A stretch of DNA of 64,000 nt from Spirochaetota bacterium (GTDB lineage: Bacteria; Spirochaetota; UBA4802; UBA5550), in the NCBI GenBank assembly GCA_963664815.2, contig CAXXHB010000003.1:3008001-3072000 (forward strand). The letters run 5' to 3'. The notes below the pieces were generated by a model. That model was not told where the DNA came from. It worked only from the letters and a program-made list of their open reading frames with translations, and ran no database searches. The stretch's first letter is position 1. Each line of letters opens with the position of its first letter. The translations under genes and the position numbers were made by a program. Below, piece after piece: positions 1-9,958 of the stretch.

Positions 1-38
1 CTTGTCCCCATACCGCCAGCCAACAGTACAACCTTCAT
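1..38 (-). CDS. rfbF: N-terminus of a sugar-1-phosphate nucleotidyltransferase, probably glucose-1-phosphate cytidylyltransferase (runs off left edge)
   Basis: Reverse complement reads ATG AAG GTT GTA CTG TTG GCT GGC GGT ATG GGG ACA AG = MKVVLLAGGMGTR, the LAGGxGTR nucleotidyltransferase signature; only about 12 codons are visible. Confidence 0.6.
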   Translation of the reverse strand, partial: MKVVLLAGGMGT

Positions 39-578
39 AATATTTTTTTCCTCTATTTATGATATAAATAACAAAACAATTTTATTTTTAAGAACATATT
101 TTATTAAATAATTAATAAAGCTATTTTTATTAGAGTTGAAAACCTTGTTCTTAAGCTTATATAACATATAATAGCAACTTCAAATACTTCCGGAAAATAT
201 GTTAACGGAAATACAATTGAGAGTACCTGTAAAACTGTAAAGTAGTTTATGACTATCTTAAAGTTTTACACTTCTTAATTACAAGGTTTATTTTTACATT
301 TTTTTCGAGTCAAATGGTAGTTTTCATTTAAATACTAAATACGCAGGCGCTCTCATAAAAGAACAATTCTAATAAATAACCATTATTGATTCAGGGGATC
401 AGATATTATAAGCATTAAAAATTCTTCTTAAATTACCCATATTTGAAAATGTGGTACTATAAATTATCCATATGTTTTTAGTAAAACAATTTGTTCACTT
501 CTGAAAAAATAAAATACAAGTTTAACATTTACCATATAAAGTACAGCAAATTTAAATACATTTTAAATGAATATTATT

Positions 579-1694
579 TCAGCCTGTTTTACTTTTCAGA
601 AATATTATATTACCATTTTTCTCATCAGAATTAAATATATCTTCAGGGACTTTGTACTCTCTAAGTGCCGAAATTATACGTTCTGTCCTTTTCAGTATAA
701 AAATGGAAATCCAGAGAATCATTATAATGCATCCGAATAAGATCATAGTCATTTCAGGTTTTTGCTTGACTATTATCAATGAAAATACTCCAAGAATTAC
801 GGTGTAGGAATAGACGACTGCAAGAATTCCTTTGGTTGAAAAACCGAGATTCATAAGCCTGTGATGCAGGTGTCTTTTATCGGGATGAAATATATTCTGA
901 CCATTTTTAAGGCGGTTCAGCATAACCTGAAGCACATCTGTAAGCGGTATAAGCATTAATATCATCGGGACAAGAAAAACCGTTAAAGCCGCGCTTTTTT
1001 TTACGCCCATCAGGGGAAGTACTGCATACATAAAACCGATAAAATAAGCACCGCCATCCCCGAGAAATATTTTAGCCGGAGGGAAATTAAAAATGTAAAA
1101 ACCGGCAATTGAGCTTTCAAGAATGAGAGATAACGCCAACACATGATAATTCCCGGTTATATATGAAATAATAATTATAAAGAGATTGGCAATTAAAACA
1201 ACTCCCGTTGAAAGACCATCCATTCCATCAATAAGGTTAACAGCATTCATGAATGTTATGATCCACAAAACCGTTGCCGGATATGCCCAGTATCCGAAAT
1301 CGATATAAAGAAATGTATATAACCTGAAATCCTTTATAAGGAGACCGGAAGATGCAGCCATCAACGCTGCAGAAATCTGTAGAAGCAATTTATACCTTGC
1401 CCTGACAGGAACAAGATCATCAATGAAGCCAATTAGAAAGGCCATAAGCATTCCTGAAATAAGCAAAATATTATTAAACCCGGAATTGACAGTCAACAGA
1501 TAATAGCAACTTAAGGGGAGACAGCCCAGGAAAATCCCCAATCCTCCCAGGCGTGGAATATTTCCATTATGTATTTTTCTTGAACAGGCATAATCGAAAA
1601 TTTCATATTTATGTGAAAGTTTAATGATTACAGGGATTGAGATTACAGAAATCAAAAAAGAGCAGAGAGCAAAAAATACTATTTTAAATGTCAT
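579..1694 (-). CDS. wecA: Undecaprenyl-phosphate GlcNAc-1-phosphate transferase (WecA/TagO, MraY-like)
   Basis: Motifs RKIH..IPRLGG, GFIDD, NAVNLIDGMDGL, FLGDGG, HLHHRL; multi-TM; likely start MTFKIV at 1694. Confidence 0.9.
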   Translation of the reverse strand: MTFKIVFFALCSFLISVISIPVIIKLSHKYEIFDYACSRKIHNGNIPRLGGLGIFLGCLPLSCYYLLTVNSGFNNILLISGMLMAFLIGFIDDLVPVRARYKLLLQISAALMAASSGLLIKDFRLYTFLYIDFGYWAYPATVLWIITFMNAVNLIDGMDGLSTGVVLIANLFIIIISYITGNYHVLALSLILESSIAGFYIFNFPPAKIFLGDGGAYFIGFMYAVLPLMGVKKSAALTVFLVPMILMLIPLTDVLQVMLNRLKNGQNIFHPDKRHLHHRLMNLGFSTKGILAVVYSYTVILGVFSLIIVKQKPEMTMILFGCIIMILWISIFILKRTERIISALREYKVPEDIFNSDEKNGNIIFLKSKTG

Positions 1695-1918
1695 TCTTTT
1701 ACCACCACGATTAACAGATTCCATTTAATCATATTCAGTTTTTTTAATTTTTTATAGTATAAATAATAAATCTTTTGTTATTAATTTACATGAGCCAGAC
1801 TCTTTTTTTTACATATTACATAATAAGTTATCTCTCGTTCCGATAGGTAAAATATAAAAATTTCTAATATTCATTAAAACTTTGTTTTATATTCAGGAAA
1901 ATCTTAACTAATATGATT

Positions 1919-1947
1919 ATTATAATAAACAGAATTATAACAGTCAA
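1919..1947 (-). promoter_or_regulatory. Sigma70-type promoter upstream of wecA
   Basis: Minus strand TTGACT-N17-TATAAT. Confidence 0.6.
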
Positions 1948-2049
1948 AACATATTGTATAATAAAATATTTTATTTAAAACTATGTAAAAAACACTCCAT
2001 CAGGAACTTTATATAAAGAAGTTTAATCTTAATTATTACTTAATTCATC

Positions 2050-2820
2050 TTATTCAGTTTTTTTTCTTACTTCTGTTAAAATATAATTTAACAGTAATGC
2101 AGCAAATATCCCGAGAAAAATCAATATTATAAAAAAAGTAATTATTTTTTTCACTAATACCCTGCTAAATAGCGGCCATTTACTATTTCCGGTTACAGGC
2201 AGTTCAATACCCATCTTTTTCTGATATATTAAAATATTGCCAAGAACTTCCGTAGGAAAACTATAAGATGTTATAAAGTACTCCAATTTAACATTATTAT
2301 TTTTATAACCTTCAAGCTTTAAATTATTAATATTATTTACTGAATCTCTATAAATAACCCCATGCCTATCTATAATATATTTTTTTAGTAATCCCATCAT
2401 TTGAGTAGTATCTTCATAGGTTGAACCCTGTACAACAAGTGTTAATACAATTGTACTTAGATTCTGCGAACTTTCCTTTTTGTTTAATCCGAGAGAAAAA
2501 GTTGTTTTTTTATATAAATCAACCCACTTCTCTTTCAAATCATTATAACTTTTACCAGAATAGTTTTCAAAACCTGATCCGTCAGTTAAAGCAAGTAAAT
2601 TCAGGTTTAGATCTTCATATGTTTCAAGCGGTATATCACCAATTTTACCAATTTTAATTGAAACAGTTGACTTATATGACACAGGTGCTTTGTAATAAAC
2701 ATTTCCCCCAATTATTAAACCAGTTAAAACTAATCCGAAAATAAATATTTTCCATTTCCATATTATTCTAATAAAATCAAAAACATCTATCTCATTATTT
2801 GAAGTTTCAGTTGAATTCAT
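2050..2820 (-). CDS. Wzz-like polysaccharide chain-length determinant
   Basis: N-terminal EIDVFDFIRIIWKWK plus TM, then Y-S..I motif, periplasmic region and C-terminal TM. Confidence 0.7.
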   Translation of the reverse strand: MNSTETSNNEIDVFDFIRIIWKWKIFIFGLVLTGLIIGGNVYYKAPVSYKSTVSIKIGKIGDIPLETYEDLNLNLLALTDGSGFENYSGKSYNDLKEKWVDLYKKTTFSLGLNKKESSQNLSTIVLTLVVQGSTYEDTTQMMGLLKKYIIDRHGVIYRDSVNNINNLKLEGYKNNNVKLEYFITSYSFPTEVLGNILIYQKKMGIELPVTGNSKWPLFSRVLVKKIITFFIILIFLGIFAALLLNYILTEVRKKTE

Positions 2821-2954
2821 ACAATCCCTTTTTTGTAGATTTTTGAAGAATCATGTAGTATTTTTAACTGATTTTTATATTATTTTAATATTTGCACGAT
2901 TAAAATAATATAACATGACAATCATAACAGTTAGTTTAATTAAATAATACTCCT

Positions 2955-2982
2955 TTTATATCATAATATAAAAAAATGTCAA
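2955..2982 (-). promoter_or_regulatory. Putative sigma70 promoter upstream of the wzz-like gene
   Basis: Minus strand TTGACA-N16-TATAAA with TG at the extended -10 position. Confidence 0.45.
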
Positions 2983-3138
2983 GACATACTCCAACCCGTC
3001 AGGAAATAAGCATTTTTAATATAAAAAAATCCGGGTCACATCAGCACAACTGCCAGACTATCTCTAAACGCTTCATCCCGCCTCAGAATTATAACGACCA
3101 AGAAACCGAAAGCGTAAAATCCCCTGTGTAGTATCCAC

Positions 3139-3507
3139 TTACTTTTCATTACATGAATCAAAATTTTTATTTTCAACTTTAAGTTTTAACAAAGAAATTT
3201 CCTGCGTCAATTTTATTATAATTCTATGCATTTTAGATATAACTATTGTTAATGACATTAGTATTATTATGATAAAGAATATTGCAACTAAATATAATGT
3301 GTTAACTGGAAGTCCAATTCCAAATAACTGAGAAAGATATATGACTATTTTCGGGAAGAAAGACAATATAATTAAAATCAAACCAAGACAAAACCATAAT
3401 AATGAATACTTTAATTCAATAGTTTCATTTCTAATAAGGTGAATTATATATCCCATAAAAGTGAAAGTAAGCACTATTAGAAATATCTGTAATTGGAAAC
3501 CAATCAT
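3139..3507 (-). CDS. DUF2304-family small membrane protein (partner of polyprenol-phosphate GT2)
   Basis: Three TMs, LKYSLLW, LFGIGLPVN and C-terminal coiled KLTQEISLL; directly downstream of a DPM-like GT2. Confidence 0.8.
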   Translation of the reverse strand: MIGFQLQIFLIVLTFTFMGYIIHLIRNETIELKYSLLWFCLGLILIILSFFPKIVIYLSQLFGIGLPVNTLYLVAIFFIIIILMSLTIVISKMHRIIIKLTQEISLLKLKVENKNFDSCNEK

Positions 3508-3522
3508 GTTATAAACCTATGC

Positions 3523-4218
3523 TTATATTTTTTTTATTTTATCGAACATAATAGCTAAACTAACTTTTACCATATAATAAATTGATTTAAATGATTTTAT
3601 TGATGATTCGCCACCATTACGTTCATTCATAATGACTGGTATTTCAATAATTTTATAACCTTTTCTGACTATTGTCGCTACCGATTCAGGTTCAGGATAA
3701 TCAGAAGGATATGTTTTAGCAAAAATTGAAATTATTTCTTTATTGCAAGCCCGGAAACCTGAAGTTGGATCAGTTATATTTTTTTTAGTAATTAAAAGCA
3801 ATACTATCTGTAATAATCTGATACCAATTCTTCTTAAAAATGATGATTGAAATCCTTTATATTCTATAAATCTTGATCCTATAACTAAATCCGCATTTTT
3901 ATTAATTATTGGTTCTATCATTTCACTTATAAATTCCGGATTATGCTGACCATCACCATCTACCTGTATAGCTATATCATAATCATTATAATAAGCATAC
4001 AGATAACCGGTTTGAACAGCACCACCAATACCTAAATTTACCGGCAAATCCGCAACAACTACATTACATTTTTTAGCAACTACTGATGTATCATCAGTAG
4101 ATGCATCATTGATAACTAAAATATCAGTTTTGAAATTTAACTTGGTGAATTTAATAATTAAATCTTCAATATTCTCGGATTCATTAAAGGCAGGTATTAT
4201 AATCAGTATCTTAAACAT
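3523..4218 (-). CDS. GT2 glycosyltransferase, polyprenol-phosphate (DPM/GtrB/ArnC-like) type
   Basis: IIPAFNE, INDASTD, NLGIGGAVQTG, QVDGDGQH, GSRF, DPTSGFRA. Confidence 0.9.
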   Translation of the reverse strand: MFKILIIIPAFNESENIEDLIIKFTKLNFKTDILVINDASTDDTSVVAKKCNVVVADLPVNLGIGGAVQTGYLYAYYNDYDIAIQVDGDGQHNPEFISEMIEPIINKNADLVIGSRFIEYKGFQSSFLRRIGIRLLQIVLLLITKKNITDPTSGFRACNKEIISIFAKTYPSDYPEPESVATIVRKGYKIIEIPVIMNERNGGESSIKSFKSIYYMVKVSLAIMFDKIKKI

Positions 4219-4225
4219 AAATCTC

Positions 4226-5644
4226 TTAATCTACTACAATATAATTATAAAATTTATTACAATATTCAACCCATTCTTTTGCTTTATTATGATTTTTGAT
4301 AATAAAATCTGCTGTTGAGATACCTATATCCATTGAATCCGCCATACCTGTATAACTAAATCCCCCCTGCCTTCCTACAGTAAATAAATTTCCGAACTTA
4401 TTCATGCCAGTTAATACATTTAAAAGATTGATTTTATAATTAATGTCATAAACAGGGTATGCATTACTAATCCTTTTTGTAAAATAATCTATTACATTAT
4501 AATTCAGTAAATTAACATCTTCTAATTGTGATTTAACTGCTAAATAAATCTTTTCATCATTCATCTGCCAGAGTTCATCGTTATCCCCACATGTAAGTTC
4601 AACACAGATAACCGTTTTCCCTTCAGGAATCATTTTGTCATTGAATGCTTTTTGTTCAAAAATTCTATTAAATCTATACTTACCTTCAGGGAAAAATAAC
4701 CAGTTGTCCTGTACTACTCTGTCAGCATTAAGAACTACAAATAGTAAAATAAGTTTTCTTGTTTTCAATTCCGATATACTTTCAATTACTGATTTGTCCA
4801 GATAACGATTAAGTTTATCTGCCAGAACTGGTAGAGGTGTAGTATTTATTATAACATCCCCATTATTAATTACATCACTTTTACCATCATTATAAAAAAC
4901 AGCATCCACTTGATTTTGCTTATTTATCCGGTAATTTAAAACTTCTTTTCTTAAATAAATCTTTCCCTTGTTTTTTTTGATTCTTGATGACAATTTATCA
5001 CTGATATCACCAAATCCTTTTATCGGATATTGAAATATTTCTGCATTAATAACAGGAGAATCTTTTTTTTGTCCGAAAACCATCTGTTTTATCATCTCCA
5101 GGAGATTCGGTGCAGCAATTCGTGATTCAGCAAGTTCTGATGACAACTCTTTCGGATCACCCCATATTTTACGGGCATAAGGACCTAAAACCAGATCAAA
5201 TGTTGGTTTTCCGAATCTGTTAATTACCCATTCCTCATAAGAATTTGAAGATCTTTTTTTTACCATATTTTTGAATAATGCAAACAGATACCCCATACCG
5301 CACTTAAAACCAGTCCATATGCCTAAACCAAAAAAAATATCAAGTATTCCAAAAGGAAACTTCAAGTATTTACCATTCAGCCGTACATTGCTGCTTTTTT
5401 TTATTGATAGTAATTCCTCATTTTTATATAATTCATCAATCTCAGCTTTAATATTGTCAAGAACGGTAAAAATCTTATGCGGCCCAAAATCTAATTGATA
5501 ATCTTTATAATTAAAAGTTGCAGACATTCCACCTATAAAATTTTCCTTCTCTATAACCTTAACCAGATATCCCTTTTCAGATAGTTTCCAGGCTGCTGAT
5601 AATCCTGTTATTCCAGCACCTATGATGATTGCTTTTTTAGGCAT
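4226..5644 (-). CDS. FAD-dependent oxidoreductase (protoporphyrinogen-oxidase/UDP-galactopyranose-mutase-like superfamily)
   Basis: GAGITGLSAA Rossmann motif, E..IGG, DFGPH, AYPVY, GRQG..Y..M. Confidence 0.8.
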   Translation of the reverse strand: MPKKAIIIGAGITGLSAAWKLSEKGYLVKVIEKENFIGGMSATFNYKDYQLDFGPHKIFTVLDNIKAEIDELYKNEELLSIKKSSNVRLNGKYLKFPFGILDIFFGLGIWTGFKCGMGYLFALFKNMVKKRSSNSYEEWVINRFGKPTFDLVLGPYARKIWGDPKELSSELAESRIAAPNLLEMIKQMVFGQKKDSPVINAEIFQYPIKGFGDISDKLSSRIKKNKGKIYLRKEVLNYRINKQNQVDAVFYNDGKSDVINNGDVIINTTPLPVLADKLNRYLDKSVIESISELKTRKLILLFVVLNADRVVQDNWLFFPEGKYRFNRIFEQKAFNDKMIPEGKTVICVELTCGDNDELWQMNDEKIYLAVKSQLEDVNLLNYNVIDYFTKRISNAYPVYDINYKINLLNVLTGMNKFGNLFTVGRQGGFSYTGMADSMDIGISTADFIIKNHNKAKEWVEYCNKFYNYIVVD

Positions 5645-6558
5645 CAGATATTCCTCACTTTTTTAGCAATAACATTCGCCTGGCTTGCATAGTAAGGTAT
5701 CTGCCAATTATTCATTCTCAACAGATTAACAACTTTCAAACCAATATTTGATAGTGTTTTACTGTATAAACCAACCATTTTTACAAGATGTTCAAGACTT
5801 AGTGTCTGGTAATAACGACTGATCTTTAATACTTCAAATCCATTTTTTTCAAGATACATTCTCATTGTCTTATGAGTGAAATGATACAAGTGAACTGACA
5901 GAATAAACCACCACTTACTTCCAGCAATTTTAGCAAGTCTACTTCCGATATTTGGATAGTTAATTATCAGTATACCATCTCTTTTTAAAATTCTATTCGT
6001 TTCCTCTAATTCTCCCATAGGATCAGGAGTATGTTCAAGTACATCCCACATTGTAACAACATCAAAAAATTCGTCTTTAAACGAATTATCTGTCAAAACA
6101 CCATTTAGAATATTGACATTAAATTTTTTATTACCCCACTCTGACATCCATTTGCTTGGCTCTATCCCATAAGCTTCCCAGCTGTTTTCTTTTGCCACGT
6201 TGAGAAAAAAACCGGCTGCTGCACCTATATCAAGAATTCGTCCTTTATTCTTTGAATACTTCTCAACTAATTTTAGTGACTTTCTGAAAGTTTTTATTCT
6301 ACCTTTTTCCTGGGATACATAGAGTTCATCCTCGGCATCAGAATAACCGGATATGATTATTTCCTGTTTAATTCTCGGATTAACATATATCAAACCACAA
6401 TTTTTGCATTCAACTATCTGCTGAGTCCCCATTACTCCGCCAGAAGCAGAAAATATTGTTTTAGGATCAAAATCTGTATTTGTTGGTTTATATTTAATTG
6501 TGTAATCTTTGCTCCCACAAAGATTACATGAAATTTTTTCAAAATAATTACTATTCAT
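5644..6558 (-). CDS. Class I SAM-dependent methyltransferase with N-terminal Zn ribbon
   Basis: CNLC..CKNC, ILDIGAAAG, FDVVTMWDVLEH..DP. Confidence 0.85.
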   Translation of the reverse strand: MNSNYFEKISCNLCGSKDYTIKYKPTNTDFDPKTIFSASGGVMGTQQIVECKNCGLIYVNPRIKQEIIISGYSDAEDELYVSQEKGRIKTFRKSLKLVEKYSKNKGRILDIGAAAGFFLNVAKENSWEAYGIEPSKWMSEWGNKKFNVNILNGVLTDNSFKDEFFDVVTMWDVLEHTPDPMGELEETNRILKRDGILIINYPNIGSRLAKIAGSKWWFILSVHLYHFTHKTMRMYLEKNGFEVLKISRYYQTLSLEHLVKMVGLYSKTLSNIGLKVVNLLRMNNWQIPYYASQANVIAKKVRNI

Positions 6559-6575
6559 ATCGTATCCTTATAAAT

Positions 6576-6932
6576 CTAACTTTTAATTACAAACCAAGAG
6601 CCAAGAATGGTAAGGGCTATACCAAAAACTCTATTGAAATTGAATGTCTCATTAAAAAAAGTCCATGATATTACTGCGATTACTACAACGGATATTGAAA
6701 GCAACGGATGAGCAAACGTCAATTCCATTCGACTCAAAATAATAAGCCACATTACTATACTAACTACAAATAACATCAATCCGATAATTACTTTTATAGA
6801 AGTAAAAGCATGAAAAATAAAGGAAAAGTTAACCTCTTTATTAACTAAATGTGACATTCCTATTTTTATCAAAATGTTGCCCAAAGATACACACAAAATA
6901 TATATAGATATTAATATAAGATTTTTTATCAT
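6576..6932 (-). CDS. Small 4-TM EamA/SMR-type protein (ArnE/ArnF-like flippase subunit)
   Basis: 118 aa, four TMs, W..ILSRMELTFAHP.LS, FFNE. Confidence 0.7.
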   Translation of the reverse strand: MIKNLILISIYILCVSLGNILIKIGMSHLVNKEVNFSFIFHAFTSIKVIIGLMLFVVSIVMWLIILSRMELTFAHPLLSISVVVIAVISWTFFNETFNFNRVFGIALTILGSWFVIKS

Positions 6933-6943
6933 TTCATAATCAC

Positions 6944-8398
6944 TTAGTTAAATTTTTTAATACGACTTTTTCTAAACCAAGAAAACATTTGGTTCATTAA
7001 ACTTAAACTGGCTTTAAAATATAGAAGTAATAATCTAGAATTTTTAGCAAAAGCTATAATTCTCACAATCTGTGGAATATTAAAGTAAAATTTTCTATAT
7101 GCATAAGATGTTAGACTTAATATTTCATTTCTTGATAAATCAGTGTGCCTCGGTTCATATGGCAAATCATCACCTACCGAGCACCAATTATTCCAATTAG
7201 TTTCAGGCTTATCATAATCCATATAAAATTTTTTAAATATCTCTGTACCAGGAAATGGGATAAGCATATTAAATCCGGCCATAACTGATTTTAATTTTTT
7301 AGAAAATAGGATCGTCTCAATTACAGTTTCCTTTGTATCACCTTCATTCCCAATAATATAAGAATTAAAATATTTTATATCATTCTTCTTTAACAGATTA
7401 CAGCATGATTCTGCCATGGATAATGTTGTTCCTTTCTTCATTATGTTATTTATTTCTTGATTACCTGTTTCAATTCCCAGCAGTGCATAAACACATCCAG
7501 CATTTTTCATTTTTTTAATTAGTTCATTTTTCTGGAGATTATTTACCCTTCCAAAAATAAACCATGTAATTTTGATATTCTTTGATATTATCAAATCACA
7601 TATATCCGACACTCTTTGAGAATTTGCCGTAAAACAATCATCAACAAAATGAAAATGTTTTATACCATAGGTATTTATTAAAAATTGTATTTCATCCAAA
7701 ACATATTGTGCTGAATTTGCACGAAATTTTCTCCCCATACAAATATTAGCACAAAATGTGCAATTAGATGGACATCCTCTACTTGTCAATATCGTTGCAC
7801 TTTTTGTCCCTCTCTGAAATTGGGGATGAAGTTTATATAAATTGATATCCACAAGATCTCTTGCCGGGAATTCTAAGGAATCCAAATCTTTTATTAAATC
7901 AGCTTTAGGGTTTTCAATATACTGACCATTTTTAATAAAAGCTGCTCCAGGTATTGATTTAAAATCAATAATTCCATTATTATCAAAACTATCCGCTATT
8001 TTAAGCATTGGAATCTCTCCTTCACCCAAAATCACAGCATCCAAATAATTAGCACAGCTTAATAGACTAGACTTTGGTAAAGCATTTACATGAGGCCCGC
8101 CCATAATAACACAACACTTGATTTTGTTTTTTGCATCTTTCACTAGTTGTTGAGCTAACATAAAATTCGGTGTAACTGATGTTATACCAATAATATCCGG
8201 TTTGAATTTGCCAACATTTATCCAAAGCTCTTCGATCGGCATGTTATATGGTTCCGGATCGAATATATTTACTTCATGCCCTTGCTTTCGAACATAAGAT
8301 GCGATATATCCTATTCCTAATGGGAAGCTGCAATTATTTTCAGAGCTTATTTTCCCATAAGCAAACAATGACGGAGTATTAATCAACGCTATTCTCAT
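6944..8398 (-). CDS. B12-binding-domain radical SAM protein
   Basis: PLGIGYIAS, GGPHVN, GEGE, TSRGCPSNCTFC, DDCF, GIETG. Confidence 0.9.
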   Translation of the reverse strand: MRIALINTPSLFAYGKISSENNCSFPLGIGYIASYVRKQGHEVNIFDPEPYNMPIEELWINVGKFKPDIIGITSVTPNFMLAQQLVKDAKNKIKCCVIMGGPHVNALPKSSLLSCANYLDAVILGEGEIPMLKIADSFDNNGIIDFKSIPGAAFIKNGQYIENPKADLIKDLDSLEFPARDLVDINLYKLHPQFQRGTKSATILTSRGCPSNCTFCANICMGRKFRANSAQYVLDEIQFLINTYGIKHFHFVDDCFTANSQRVSDICDLIISKNIKITWFIFGRVNNLQKNELIKKMKNAGCVYALLGIETGNQEINNIMKKGTTLSMAESCCNLLKKNDIKYFNSYIIGNEGDTKETVIETILFSKKLKSVMAGFNMLIPFPGTEIFKKFYMDYDKPETNWNNWCSVGDDLPYEPRHTDLSRNEILSLTSYAYRKFYFNIPQIVRIIAFAKNSRLLLLYFKASLSLMNQMFSWFRKSRIKKFN

Positions 8399-8435
8399 TA
8401 ATTTAACCTGTTTTTTAAGGATATAATATCAATAA

Positions 8436-9947
8436 TTAAAAATATCTTTTAGTAATCAATTTAATTTTAATAATTCTATATATATTCATTTCTGCTTTTG
8501 TTTTAAATCTTTTAGTTAATAAATTGAAAAATTGCATTATAACATGAACCGGATGGTATACAATTTTCCATAACAGAAATTTAAAATATAAACCATCTCT
8601 AAATTTGCTTAATTCAATATAATCTTCCCTCCATGAGGGTGAAAATGTCAACTCAGAGTAATCTTTAAATCCTTCTATCATACCGAATGTTTTTGTTCCT
8701 GGAATTGGAGTCATAATAAATAATGCAATTTCATCAATACCCTTTTTAGCTAATTGTTTCACATAACTTCTTGTCAATTTTAAATCATTAGACTGTTCCC
8801 CCGGATACCCCAGTACAAAACACGCTTGTGAATATATACCATTTCTTTTCATCTCACTTGTCATAGCTAAGGCATACTGATGATTAAAAGGTTTATTCAT
8901 CAACTGTAATACCCTTAAAGAACCGGACTCGGGGGAAAAAGATATATAATTACACCCTGCCCTTTTCATCAGTTTTAATGTTTCAATATGCATTGTCTCT
9001 ATCTTACTACCTGATGCAAGCTTCCATGTAATTTTCAGCTTTTTCCCGATTACCAATTCACAGAATCTAATTATTCTTTCCTCATCTGCAGTAGGGTTTA
9101 CATCTTCAAAATGAAATTCATAAACACCAAACCTTTCAATCATATATTCAATTTCTGCTATTATATTTTCCGGACTTCGGTATCTCCATTTCCTATTGTT
9201 TGTTGCTGGTATTATACAAAAATTACAATTAAAAGGGCAACCTCTTGAGGTTAACAGCGGAAGGTATTTATTACTTTCAAGCGGACCATGCGAGTAACCA
9301 AGCCTCCAGTAATTTTCTAATGGGAAATCTCCCCAATCGGGAAAAGGTAAATCATCAATATTTAATATAAAACCATCTTTAGACTGATCAATAATACTTC
9401 CATAATAGTTAAATATAATTCCATCAATCCCGCTTAATAAATTCATCTCACCACTATCTAATACTTCTAATAATCGTGAAACCCTCTCTTCTGGTTCACC
9501 GAGGACAATATAATCAATCCCTGAATTTATAAGCTCATCTCTAATATGTTCCAAAGAGCATCCTATAACAGCTTCAGAATTCTCAATTATTATTATAATC
9601 ATATCATGATTCTTTGCTTTAATAGCTTTAATTATATTCAATATAATAATATGTGCAGTTATTGTACTATAATACAGGATTGTACAATTTATATTGGATT
9701 TCATTCTATCCATCACTTCATTAATAGTAAGACCCTGAATATAAAATTTACTTTCTCTACTGAATTGAAATGGTTTTTCACCAAATGCATCAATAACATT
9801 TATATTATAATTGTTTTTCTTTAGTTTCGCAGCAAGATATGCTAATGGATAGGGCATAAATGGAATTCCACTTCCTAAATGGTCATCAATCTGAGTTAAT
9901 AACGGGGGATTTATTAAATTAATACTTTTCATTGCATGACTCTTCAC
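8436..9947 (-). CDS. B12-binding-domain radical SAM protein
   Basis: LINPP, LAYLAA, GEPE, TSRGCPFNCNFC, FED, PESGS. Confidence 0.9.
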   Translation of the reverse strand: MKSHAMKSINLINPPLLTQIDDHLGSGIPFMPYPLAYLAAKLKKNNYNINVIDAFGEKPFQFSRESKFYIQGLTINEVMDRMKSNINCTILYYSTITAHIIILNIIKAIKAKNHDMIIIIIENSEAVIGCSLEHIRDELINSGIDYIVLGEPEERVSRLLEVLDSGEMNLLSGIDGIIFNYYGSIIDQSKDGFILNIDDLPFPDWGDFPLENYWRLGYSHGPLESNKYLPLLTSRGCPFNCNFCIIPATNNRKWRYRSPENIIAEIEYMIERFGVYEFHFEDVNPTADEERIIRFCELVIGKKLKITWKLASGSKIETMHIETLKLMKRAGCNYISFSPESGSLRVLQLMNKPFNHQYALAMTSEMKRNGIYSQACFVLGYPGEQSNDLKLTRSYVKQLAKKGIDEIALFIMTPIPGTKTFGMIEGFKDYSELTFSPSWREDYIELSKFRDGLYFKFLLWKIVYHPVHVIMQFFNLLTKRFKTKAEMNIYRIIKIKLITKRYF

Positions 9948-9958
9948 TTACAAGTCAA

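Noticed and set aside
60-560. Possible decayed gene between wecA and rfbF, including a half-match to the MarR operator at ~492
   Set aside because: Could not align it convincingly by eye; operator spacing is N4 with a mismatched arm.
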